DNA from: Raillietiella orientalis
Taxonomy: Eukaryota
Assembly (NCBI GenBank): GCA_036172245.1
Contig: JAYWIR010000029.1
Span: 1,364,001 to 1,428,000 of the forward strand
DNA length: 64,000 nucleotides
Direction: 5' to 3'
The notes beneath the pieces were generated by a model, which did not search any database, was not told the DNA's origin, and saw nothing but the letters and a program-made list of their open reading frames with translations. Below are positions 37,500-49,219 of this stretch, piece after piece. Both the position numbers and the translations under genes were made by a program. Numbering within the stretch: the first letter of the stretch is position 1; every line of letters starts with the position of its first letter.

Positions 37500-39350
37500 T
37501 CTCTAAACGATGTCTTTTCTAACTCCTTTTGATGCATGACTTGAGTCGATGCATCCGGCAAGCCAAGTGGCTAAAAGAATACTCCTTTATTCTCTGCTTG
37601 AGACCACTTTTCTTTCTAGCTGCATTCTCACAAAGTCTCTTTGTGATGAGCGCTCGCAACCTGTACCGCTTATCGCACACAGCAGCACAAAAGAATGTGC
37701 TAAGCGCAACTTTCGATTCTTATCACGGCACATGAATCTTATGCATCCAGTAACAAATGCCACTCCAATGCTACCAATCTTGCTTGCACCACCACCATAT
37801 GCTAACGAAGGACGGATGAATAGAATGGCGTGTAGCATCGCGTATCTTCGTTCACGCGCCTTCTTAAAGTGCTCCTGTAGATCTCTAAGCAATTTTTCTG
37901 CTGTGTGTGTGTGTGTGTGTGATGAGGGGGGGGGGGGATCAACAACACTTTGCTCCGAGAACTCAACAAGGGCAGTATCTCAGTAAGGCGATATTTGCGG
38001 TTATGTTCAAGACTGAAGGTGTTGATGCTTGAAGACTTTGTCTTGATCGTGCTGAGCTGATGTCCAGCAGGCCATGAGCGTATCCCGAGGCGTGCCTTCC
38101 GTTCAGAAGCAGTGTGCCACTTGGCATCCCATATGAAAAGATGAATTCCTAAGCAGCTCCAGTTCGTTGTTTTCCATTTTATTGTTGAAATTTTTGAAAG
38201 TGCTTTATCCACGCACCACTAGCTACTTTTACTTGCCTGCTTCCTATCTAACCCAAAGATGGGTCCACTTTTAGTTTCGACTTCTTTTCACGCTCACAGT
38301 TGTTTACTATTTCTCACTTTTCATTTGTTGTTCCTGAAGCTAATCATGCCTTGAAGATTTTCAATGGTGGCTGCTATATGGAGGCTGTAGTCAGCATTGT
38401 TCTTATCTCATACTATCGGCTGTGTTCTTACTTTGCAGGCCAGAAATCCATCTTTTTGTGTGTGTGTTCCAAGAATGAGCCTCTAATCCAGTTTGTAGAT
38501 TCCGATTACCTTTTGTTATTAATAACTTTAGTAATGATAACTACTGATGTTTAATGAGGCTAGCAGACATTCGGGTTGCGGATGTATTTTTTCTATGTAA
38601 GGTACATGTGGTGCACCCCAACATCTCTCACTCAGGAGCTCGTCAGATGAAAGTGTATAGCGTGGGTGTCTGGGGAAAAAAAAGTGGTATTCAGCTATTG
38701 GCAACTCTTTCATTCTGGAAAATATTATCGTCGGAAGGGATCGGAAATGTCGACGTTTCCTTGACGCTTTCAAAGATGGACTGTGGTACATCGAAGGTGC
38801 GATAGCAGTGAAGTATAATGAAGGTTTGAAGACCGCATTGTTTGCCATGGCGAATGGGAATTCGAAAAGTGGCAGTAAAATTTTAAAGGCAATAAAAGTG
38901 AAGTACCTTCTATCAACCCCATGCCACATTAAAATATTAATGACTGTTTTCATCGTTCGTGCAACAGCTACTTCGTCTTGAGTTCTCTTGCATTGGGGGA
39001 CTGAATCAGACAGAAATCTGCATAGCGTGGCTGAAGGCCTCCCGTGCCGTGGACGTGTGCTTTGAGCTCTGCCAATGCTACTGAAGGCCTGCCAACCCAG
39101 CAGCTCAAGATCTTGGATAACGGGATGGGAATGCTTCCCATCCCGTAATGCCATCGCGGCAGTGCGTTCTCGAATTCTTGAAGGTTCTTCACAAAGGAAA
39201 AATGAAACTAAGAGGAAGATGACGCAAGATCGCAAGTGCGCCGCCGTTAGTTTTGCACCGGGAAGAGCCTGAAGGGAAATGAACTGCTGAAACCGGATTC
39301 GAGAGCGCACAGAAACGTGTGCTCGGAATCGCAGAGACCGTCCCCTGGGA
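37500..39350 (-). mobile_element. Decayed L1/Tx1-type reverse transcriptase and post-RT region
   Basis: PRHGRPSATLCRF (PG.DG+P..FY), VINILMWHGVDRR...FKILL (I.L+.K.GD...RPI.LL), IKWKTTNWSCLGI...IRSWPAGHQLSTIKTK..IN (YLG+...W...LS+.GK...N), RPSLAYGGG (P...GG.G). Confidence 0.65.
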
Positions 39351-39654
39351 GATCTGGATAGAGGTGTCGAAAGTGCCTGCTGGCCAAACAGGAAGCATGA
39401 CGAATGGGAAACTCCCGATTATCAGTTGGCCACAAAGACAGGGAGACGGACGTGGGGCCATCCAGCAGAATTCTTGTCGTGGAACGCCGTAGAACACGAA
39501 GTCATCCCGCGGGCATCAAAGGTTACCATAAAATGCGTGACTCTCGACCGCAGAGATGCTAGGCCATGAGGATTCCACCTGGCGACTTGCTTGCCTGCAT
39601 GTGTGGCGAACACATTCTTCCTGGATGCTGCTGGGAAAAAGACTGCTGATTGCT

Positions 39655-40370
39655 GGTTTGACACCCTGTCGCGCCGGGGCGTTTAAATAAACAGGTCGGT
39701 GGCTCGGTCTTGGTCCTTCCACGTTATAAATATGCTAAGAGGAACCTGCCGAGAACCGGCGCGCAGGTCAGGGGGGTTCGCCTCGGCAGCAAAGGAAGAA
39801 GGGAAACAACAACAAAAAATGAAACAAAAAAATGCATACCAAAAAAGATGGGTGGGGTCGGAAAGGGATCACCGGGTGCGGGAGGGAGTCCTCTGCATCC
39901 TTGTGAGGATGCCGGCAAGTTCCTGTTCTAAGTTTCCAGATGGGGGCCATCTTGACGCTCTCCTCATGAAAAGGACAGCGAAATAGATGGCGTTCCTGTC
40001 GTCCTGGTCTCCTCTGGCGCCGCTCCATGCAGCCACGATCCTGCATAGGCAACAAAGTGCTCCTAGGGATGCGGCCTGCGTCATGGTGATGCTCTGGAAG
40101 AGGCGTTTCAGAAGGTCTCTAAGGTTGCCCTCGGGGATCCGCATGGACGCGGCAAAGCGTTCCAACAAGGAGAGGAGGACAACACAATCCACGAACAAGT
40201 GCGTGAGGGACTCTCTTTCGACACACCTGCTGCAGTCGGGTCATACATTCCTTCGGGTCCAATGGTGTCGGCGAGCGTTGCACGGGAGGTCCCTATGCAA
40301 CAGAAGGATCGCTTACTCCTGCCACTCTAGGGAGAGGGTTGTACTGTTCTGACTCTGCTGAGGACCACTG
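39655..40370 (-). mobile_element. 5'-truncated L1/Tx1-type 3' end (zf-RVT, ORF2 stop, structured 3' UTR), copy B
   Basis: LLHRDLPCNARRHHW...*PDCSRCVERESLTHLFVDC, ORF2 stop at 39869, T-rich UTR and terminal hairpin. Confidence 0.85.
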
Positions 40371-41999
40371 AGCCTCTTCCGAAGGAATTTCTGGTAGCTA
40401 CCCCCAACGTAGCGATCCTTTTGGAGGGACACTCTGAGTGGCAGCATCTCTCAGCTCCCGAGTTGTCCACGTATCCAGATATTTCCTTTTGTTGTCTATA
40501 ATACACTTCATCTCCCATCACAACAGGCTGAAAACGAGTGGCTCGAGTTTGCAGACCAATGAATCTGCAAAGTTTTACGTAGGCTCCACTATTTGAAGAA
40601 TATGAAAAGAGTGGAGAGTGCTTGGAAATGACCTTTCCTCTTCCCCATCCCACTTTTAGGAGGATGGTTCAATCTTAGCCATGCTCCTGATTCATGCCCT
40701 GAATGCTTCTTTTCTCCTCTTCCTTACTCTCTGAAGCTTTCATTAAAAAGCACTACTTTTTCTTCATAGGAGTAGAGATGAACGAATATCGAGTTTGAAT
40801 TTTACTGCGAAAAGAGGTGGAAATGCATCCTCGGCCTGCACGCTGGAGGAGCTGCAGAATCAGGTCACCGCTATCCGAGATGGTCTCCTCTGATGGCTTT
40901 CGATGTATTCAGGAGAAGCCGAGTTAGTAAAAGAAGAGGAAATCATGCTCATCTTCAGAAAGGAGAAATGTATTCGAGGCTGCTGGATCCCATAGGAACC
41001 CTTGAGAACTCCTGAAAAGAGATATGCAGTAATCGGAAGAAAGGTAGAAGAATCTGCTGGTGTCTTCGCGGATTCGATGAGAGCAGGCTTCCGCTGCATT
41101 CGACGTCCACTTCGAAAGAGGCACGGAGGAATGCATTTCAAGTAAGAAGAAAGAGGGACATCAGCGGTTTTGAATTCTCGCTTTCATCGAACCATAAAGA
41201 ACTTGGTTTTAATGAAAGCACGGAAGACAAAGTGAGTTTGCTACGGTATTTCTATTTCTGTCTTATAGAGAGTGTGGACTAAGAGTGGAAGCAGAATCGC
41301 GAATCCCATTCTTGACCACAATTAAAGGAGAGTACCATTGGCTGGAACACCACGCTAGAATCCTTCTCGATCTCGTCATGGACTCGTAGTTTTGCCACAA
41401 GAAAAATTTGCCTCGGGGGATATTTGAAAATTTGGTGCCTTCTTTGACTCGTATCCAAGGAAGTCACGCAATCGAGTTTTTGCCGCTTCAGAGTGAAGAG
41501 GCGCATGCTCGAAGGACAAAACGCGAATTGATGAAAGAAAAGAAAACAAAGTAAAGTACGATTTGTTCCATTATGCATGCTTCTCAGATAACTCATCAAT
41601 CTGAATCTCATCAGATGAACGACGGCAGCTTCCTCGTTACGAGGCCTCTCCAGCAACTCAGAAGGTGCCGGAAAACGTGCGAGAAACGCTGAGCAGAACA
41701 AACGGAAACGCGCGAAGGCATCCCATCGGCGGAGGGATCGAGATGGAGCCATCGAAGAGAGTGATCATCCACCTCTCGATCTACGATTTCCTGAAAATAA
41801 TTGTAAGCACGATGCACCTGGAAAGCTTCCGCCTAAGAGTGGTATTCTAGATTGAGATGGCTCATGAGATGAGAAAACCTAGAAGCAGCTGCCTCTGAGA
41901 TGTTTCCGTCCCGATTGCCGGACCGTTTGTTTGAACAAAGAAATGGATTTTATGCTGCTGAGGACCAGCATGTGCGGTCTAGAGGGACCAGAGGGACTG

Positions 42000-43290
42000 A
42001 GACCAATGGACAGAACGAAGGTGGACTAGTGAATAATTGAATAGGGACCGAGATGGAAGACCGAGACGTGGTGGCCTCACGCTCACGATTCGGTCCTCGT
42101 GATACCATTTTGGGATGGCAAGTGGGGCGTTCACTGGTTTCGCGACGACCACAGCTGCTCCCAATCCTCAGATGATTCACTCGCACCTCTTGCCCCAGAC
42201 TGGACCATTTCATTGCCCTTCGAGCATGGGATGGCAGTTGCGAACGGCTACCTGAGTTAATGGTCGCACTCTCCCTCCATCTGGACAGCCACTGTTGCCA
42301 CATCGTGGCAGAGAACCTTCCAGCAAAGAGGCAGCCGGTGAGCCCGGAGGAAGAAGTGTTCCTCGAAATGGATCCTGAGAGGCAGCATGCGGAAGTGCTC
42401 TTGAGATGCGCGCCTAAGTCGCTGACCGACCTCCCGCATCTAGGCAGCAGCGCTGCGAACTGATGGGGCTCCCGCCATCCCGCAGTAGACGCATTCCCTG
42501 GACACTTGTCGCTGAGTCGCGCAGCTGCATTCCTCATTTCGAGGGAGGACTCGTTGCGCCTGCCGGACGGCAGCCCACTGGTAGCGTGGAGAAGACTCGG
42601 GATCTTGAAGTTTCCTCGGGAAACAACCAGAAACCGGATCGATCCTTGCGGCTAGTGAGGTGGGCGTGGCTCCGCTCGCCTGCCGAAAAGTTCCCCAGGC
42701 ATCTGAGTGAACCCCCATCCAGGATAGGCGGGTCACTTATTGAAAACAGATAAATCAAATTGCGCAGTTACGGGCCAAATCCGAAGGGACTACCCTCGTA
42801 TGGAACGGAACTAAGGAGGAGTAGAGGGAGAGAAAGGAGGAACAATGAATAAATAATTAAATAGGGAATGGGAAGGATCGACCTCACGGTACTCTACTAG
42901 ATTCAAGGAAAAGGATGGAAGGGGGAGGAAGTGGCCTTACTGGTTTCAGGTCAATCTGCCTGCAAGCGTTTGAAGACTCCCTCGGACTCCACTTCCCGGA
43001 TTGGATCATTTCACCGCCTTCTGCATGCAGGTGATAGCAAATGCAAACGGCTCTCCGGGATTCATCCTCCGGTTTGGCAGCCAATGTCTCTCGCACATGA
43101 CGCAGAGCATAGCCAGGAAACGAGGAGACCAGCAAGCCTGGAGACATGAACGCTTCTCCAAATAGGTCTTTTGGGCAGCACCAAGCAGAGGAAGTGCTTC
43201 GGCGCTAGAGTGACACTTCCGAAACCTCGATCACTTTGATGTTCATCCAGGAACTTCAGTCTTCTCCAGCTTATGTGCTCCAATGCCTAC
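42000..43290. mobile_element. Decayed LINE RT fragment (+, about 42000..42750) abutting a minus-strand post-RT/3' UTR fragment (about 42750..43290)
   Basis: VFLEMDPERQHAEV (+.+D..KAFD.V) on the plus strand; HISWRRLK...DRGFG (+.W..L....GG+G) on the minus strand. Confidence 0.4.
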
Positions 43291-43861
43291 TATCCAGCAC
43301 TTAGGGTTATTTTTTTTTTTTTGGTTACTTGAGAACTCAAGAACCATCTCTCTCCCGGCGGTTCACGAAGCTCTTCAGCACTGTTCCACGCCACCTGAGG
43401 GTGCATGTAGTAACTCTTCAAGAAAGAAGGTACCCCCAAAAACTTGAAAAGAACCCCATGGATCCAGGAAGGGAGTTTCTGACTTCCGTTCCTCTCACGT
43501 CTTGGTGGGATTCCGAATTGAACACCGAAGGGAACCTCTTCCTTGTTCTCTCTTGAGGTTCCCCCAGAAGGGGTCTCTCAATTGTTTCTTTTCCGAAGAG
43601 AACCTGGAAAGGATCCGTTCCTGGAATTTTCTCCTTTGAAGCGACCCCGCAAGGGAACCGTTCCTCCGAAGAGAACCTAGGAGGGACGCTTCCCAGTTTC
43701 TCTGAAGAGTCGCTCCTCTAAGGGAACTGGGCTCATCTTCATACTCTGGAGAGGCACCAACGGGTCCAGTTTGCACAACCGGAAGGGAACTGACTCCTTG
43801 ATTTGGATTCCTAAAAGAATCCCGGAATGTCAACTCCCAATTCCGTTTAGTCAACATGGAC

Positions 43862-44035
43862 TTCCACTAGTGCCGCCACATCCGACGCCCGTGGCTCAAC
43901 CAGCGTCATTTTGAGGGAGGATGACTGGCAACCCATGGCACGCACCAATTTCCCTGGCAACGACCCTTCCCTGCGTGGGATTCGAACCCGCAACGCTTGG
44001 TACTAATTGCGGAGACCGCAGCCGCGCGGCGTGGG
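43862..44035 (-). mobile_element. Probable tRNA-derived SINE remnant
   Basis: Minus-strand GCGGGTTCGAATCCCAC: a perfect Pol III B box in a T-arm-like hairpin (gggattcgaaccc at 43977..43989). An eroded A-box-like GCCGCGCGG lies upstream. No complete cloverleaf seen. Confidence 0.5.
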
Positions 44036-44309
44036 AGTTTCAGTTCTTAGGAGGGTCTTTATTCAGAGGAATTCATCCTTTCCTTTCCCCAACCTACTTC
44101 TCAAGAGCAAATTTTCTCGTTGATCCACCTCTGAACGTCGGTAGAAACGATCTGAAGGAACCTGGAGCTAATGCGAAACCTTTCTCACTGATCCCTTTTT
44201 CCCAAACCTTCATGTTTGACAACCACACTGTGACTGTTCTCTGTACGCCTGAAGAAACGGCACTAGGAGGTTCGGAGAGAGATTCGAAGATACGTGGAAG
44301 ATAATGGTA

Positions 44310-45280
44310 GGTTTGATTGGCACCCGGTTGGTCTGGGGCGTTTATTTATGTAAAAAATAAACATATAGGTCCGTGGAAGGACTCGGTCCTTCCACGTTAT
44401 AAATATGCTCAGAGAAATCTGCCGAGAATCGGCGCGCGGGTCAGCGGGGTTCGTCTCGGCAGCAAAGGAAGAAGGGAAACAACAACAAAAAAGATGAAAC
44501 GAAAAAATATATACAAAAAAAGAAACAAAAAAATATATACAAAAAAAAGAAACAAAAAAATATATACAAAAAAATGGGAAGGTTCGGAAAGAGATCACCG
44601 GGTGCGGGAGGGAGTCCTCTGCATCCTTGTGAGGATGCCGGCAAGTTCCTGTTCTAAGTTTCCAGATGGGGGCCATCTTGACGCTCTCCTCATGAAAAGG
44701 ACAGCGAAATAGATGGCGTTCCTGTCGTCCTGGTCTCCTCTGGCGCCGCTCCATGCAGCCACGATCCTGCATAGGCAACAAAGTGCTCCTAGGGATGCGG
44801 CCTGCGTCATGGTGATGCTCTGGAAGAGGCGTTTCAGAAGGTCTCTAAGGTTGCCCTCGGGGATCCGCATGGACGCGGCAAAGCGTTCCAACAAGGAGAG
44901 GAGGACAACACAATCCACGAACAAGTGCGTGAGGGACTCTCTTTCGACACACCTGCTGCAGTCGGGTCATACATTCCTTCGGGTCCAATGGTGTCGGCGA
45001 GCGTTGCACGGGAGGTCCCTATGCAACAGAAGGATCGCTTACTCCTGCCACTCTAGGGAGAGGGTTGCACTGTTCCGGAACGCCGAGGATCACTGTTTCC
45101 GGAAATACAGTGGCGCCCGACGTGCTGGAGATACAGTTGGTAGGTTTGGGGTGGTCGTGCAGAACGCGCACACCGAATTCCTCAATTCGGGGCTCCTCCG
45201 CTGCTTGGAGACAAAAAAGTGGCATTGAAGTAGGGTGGATGTAAGGCCTGCCGAGATGCCGTAGAAGTAAAGGGCAACAC
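44310..45280 (-). mobile_element. 5'-truncated L1/Tx1-type 3' end, copy C
   Basis: Same zf-RVT and C-terminus as copy B (offset 4726). The 3' UTR is diverged but has the same terminal hairpin. Confidence 0.85.
44496..44574. repeat. Three tandem copies of a 26-27 bp A-rich unit (gaaacRaaaaaatatatacaaaaaaa)
   Basis: The unit is single-copy in the paralogous UTR at about 39821..39846. Confidence 0.85.
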
Positions 45281-46999
45281 ATGTATTATCCCGGAATCAT
45301 CAAGCATGCAAAAGGTGACCTCTTGCTATACGAGTTGCTTGGAAATGGAATGGGGAGGAGGGGGTGGACTCAGAACCGCAATGTGCACCGTCCTACCAAG
45401 CACAAACCCAATACGAACAAAGCGAACAGAGACATCGCTACCACCGAAAAGTTGCTGATAAAGAGAAGTGTTTAAGAGATGTTCCTGATTTAATGCGTCT
45501 GGAATTTGCAAGCAAAGTGTATTTCGTCCTGAGGGTTCGTCCAAGAGAATAAGAAATCCCCAGATCACGAGGGGCCAAGGGAATCGATTTCGCCAACCTC
45601 AAGGTGAACAGATAACGGAAATAGGATCCCTAGAGGCCTGCACGAGAAAAGAAAGACAAACCCTCAGACTCCCGAGAAAGGCTCAGCTGAGCTGTGGTCA
45701 TTGCCAAGAAGCTGCCAAACTCATTGTCCTTGCTCCACCGTTTAGAACGACGTGCCTAATTTCTTCGTTAAAGAGTGGATGCTTTCGAGCCCCTCCCCCT
45801 TCCCCAAGGTCCAATTTGAGGAAAGAATTCATTCGATGCAGTTTCTAGAAACATCCCGTGATGGGAAATAAAAGCAGAAGATCAAACGGATCTCTTTTTT
45901 TCCTCTCTTTCTCTCATCTTCCTTCTCACCGAAATCTCGCATCCACCCGTCATGCTGAGCAGCTAGGCGACTTCACGAGAAATCCAAGAACACTGTTTTT
46001 TTTTTTTTTCCCATGCGGAGAACTCAAGAGCGGCCTGTTTCGAAAGAAATCGTCTTGACGAAAGGGTCATCTCGGAAAGCCACAGTTTTTGAAATGCCGT
46101 CAATCTTGCATCGCCGGCCACGAAAGCTGAGTCGGACTTTCGTCCGGCTCCGCAACTCAATAAAGAGTTGTCTGTGTGCGACGAAACTCTATTAAAAAGA
46201 GAGAACAGACGCAAAGCATCTTCAAGAGAAAAAGACAAGAAAAGGCAGCTCTTGACCAGGTCACCGGGAAGAAACTCTCACTTTAACAGGAAAGAGTTGC
46301 ATATATATGTACCTGCTTCGGCGGCGGTACACACAGGTTCGAACAGGAAAGGGATTAGGAGGGATCAGCTTCTTCGGCAGGGAATCCCTGTGGAACGCCT
46401 ACTTATCGGGTATCGGTAGATAGCAATTAGTTATTGCTGAGGTGTTACGGGAAGGATGGAAGTTGGCAGTTTCCGATCAGAGCTTCTACTTATGAGCTGA
46501 ACTGAGAGAATTCACATTCAACATTCGCTTCTATAAGCCTTTCTACCACTCGATTGAGGGAAAGTTCCTGGAAGAAGAGATTCCAAAGGCCATTCTCAGT
46601 CAAACAGAGAAAAGTCCCTGGAGAAGGGCGGATCAGCGCTCTTCTTTGGTTGTGCGTCCCCGGTCAGCCCAACTCCTAAGCAGATGAACTTACCGTTGCA
46701 GAGTTTCCTTCAGCTGTGGGTGTTCTGGAAGGATGGGGGGCATCCAGAATCTCAAAATCGAGTGTATTTGAAATGCTCTTTTCCTGTGCCGAAACGCTCG
46801 AGAGCATGACAAATTCTACCGCGAACTTCAATGGAATTGGAGGCTTCTTTTTTTGCTCCAGGTTTCCCAACGCCTCCAAAAAAAAAAAAAAGAAGGCCTA
46901 CATGTATTCGGGTTCGTTTTACGAGCCCGACAATCACTGTTTGCAATCCTTAATTGCATTTGCAGATGTTTTAATATTATATTCCACTTGGTAACAGGA

Positions 47000-48200
47000 A
47001 AATGTGATCCTCGGGAGGCTGATGAAAGTGTGAAAGATCGAGGACTTACTGAAGTAACGAGGAAATTGACGGGTAAGCGTGGAGGCCGTGAAGATGGAAG
47101 AAAAGGCTCTGTCCTCATCGAATAGCTGAATCAAGGAAATGAACAGTGAACGCTGATTCCGGCAGAGTCGTAAACAAGCGATGGCCAAGTTTTGTGCTGA
47201 GTGAAAACCCGGCTCGTTCACCTGCAAACACTCCTTTGCGTTTATGAGCCATTTTCTCCCTCCCCTGCGTTGTTTGAGCAGCGTCTTCGAGCGAGTACAG
47301 CTTGCGAGCGTTCTTTTCAGTCGAGTGTATTCTCCTCCTCTTGGCTTCCTCGTAACTGTCGTCCTGACCACCGCGCCCATCACGGATGACAGATCCCAAA
47401 GGCGAAATCCGACGCTTGCTCCCACTCCTGATCTTCAATTCAGAGGAATTGGTCTTGATATTCGGATACTCTTAGCTTCCTCGTGTGTTGGGCTCTCTCG
47501 GAGTCAAATTTTCCGTGGGTCACCAGCTCGGCTTTTCCAGGCAGTTGCTTGAGAAAGAAGCGAACTGCGTGATCTTTGCTTTCTTGTGGGAGGTTCTTGT
47601 GAGGGCAGACGCCCATTAGGGAACCGTCAATACGATCCAAGACGGATACATTGTAACAAAGATCTATCTTTGATTTGAAAGCAAATCGCCATTGTGGAAG
47701 GGGATGACTGACGTCACGAGCAAATCCTCGTAGTTTCCCTATGATTTTCAGGACAGTCTCTCCGCACTGGGTCAAAAGCGGACTTTCACTGCAGGTTGCC
47801 ACCATTCTCTTATGAAAACTCGAGTACCATGAAGCGTCCTACGGCAGACACCGCCGAACAGTCGCCACTGCACATGCACTCCATGGTGATGAACGTTGGA
47901 AACTGCCACCACTAGAAATGAATCCTTCATCAAAGATTTAAGTGGCTTATGAGGGCAGGAAGTCACACGGAGCTCTGCTTCTGATGGCCACGGGAAGTGC
48001 CATTGCTGCTCGTGGTAAAGTTCAGGGATCAAACGATGGAACTGACGCGAGAAAGGGTGTTTTCTCCCAATGATCTCATCTGGACATCAAGGCTGCATCT
48101 GCATCCACGGTGCACTCCTGAGTGTTCCGTCATTCAACACGGAATAGTTGCGTGCGCTGTTTTTGTCGTTTGCTGATGAATCGCTCTGGGAGGACGAACC
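47000..48200 (-). mobile_element. Decayed APE endonuclease domain and linker
   Basis: NYSVLNDGTLR (S.N+.G+R) and WRFAFKSKIDLCY...SKDHAVRF (T+...SRID...SDH) in the expected order. Confidence 0.6.
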
Positions 48201-49219
48201 AAATCCGAACGATGTGCTTGGCACGGGGAAAGTGTCCCATGTTGCTAGGAGAGAGATTCGAGGGTTGACCCCCTGGAACGAGAAGGCGAACCTGTCGTTG
48301 CAAGCTCGAAGCTGTTTCGACCGCTGATGAGGAATCCTGTAGCCCAGATCTCTAGCAGCGGTTGCATCCATCCAGTGCACCGGAAGAGGTCTAAATCAAA
48401 AGAAGGGATGTACTGGGCAAGACCAGTTCTGCAGTGGGAAATACAAATGGGGAGCAGGCAACGCCCTGCATGCATCCTGCAGTCGGAATCATTGAACCGG
48501 GAAGAGTCGCCTCGAATAGGGAGCAGCAGAGCTCCTAGTATGTTGCAGAATGAAGATTTTTCTATTTGCATTGTGCTAAAACTCAGCACGCATTGTCCCG
48601 GATCTCCAGCGTCAACAGAAATCATCAACAATAAAAGTTGTGAAGAGACGGAGATGTAAAGAAACGGACGTCTGCGTTCTTCACGGATTCTCACATGCAA
48701 AGCAGCCAGATGAGAGGTCATTTGTTACCCTTTCCACAGTCATGCCAATAATAAAAAAAACATCCGAGTTCAAAGGAAACCAATTTTTTGTTGAAGATGA
48801 TCCTTAGCTCAAGAAACTGCGGAATGCAAAAAAAAAAAAAAAGGAATCGTTTCAGGTTAGAGAAAGTGGAAGAATAATGTCGTACACCTGATTTCCAGCA
48901 GCAGTAGGAATTTATAAGACATTCACTAGAAGAAACGTGGGCTACGTCGTGAGCCTTGGATCATAAATATAGCTTCTCTGTTTGAGAACGGTGCAGACAA
49001 AATTTGAATACAAACCGGGAAAATAAGGGTCACGGTTTCCTTGAACAACGTTGATTTAGAGCTCTCGATTCAAAGGAAGAGGAGTTGCATCAGCCTATTC
49101 GTAAGAAAAATATGGTGCAATGATGCTTTTGGAGAAATTTGATACAGATAAAATCCGTTGAGCACTCCGGGCCTATTGCTTGCATGGAAACGAACCGGAG
49201 TCCCTCGGGACGTTAATTT

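Noticed and set aside
38528..39310. Intact or domesticated reverse transcriptase (260-aa ORF)
   Set aside because: RT motifs are eroded and drift between frames, and there is no intact YADD-type motif.
43960..44035. Functional tRNA gene
   Set aside because: Only the T arm / B box is good; the acceptor, D and anticodon stems do not form convincingly.
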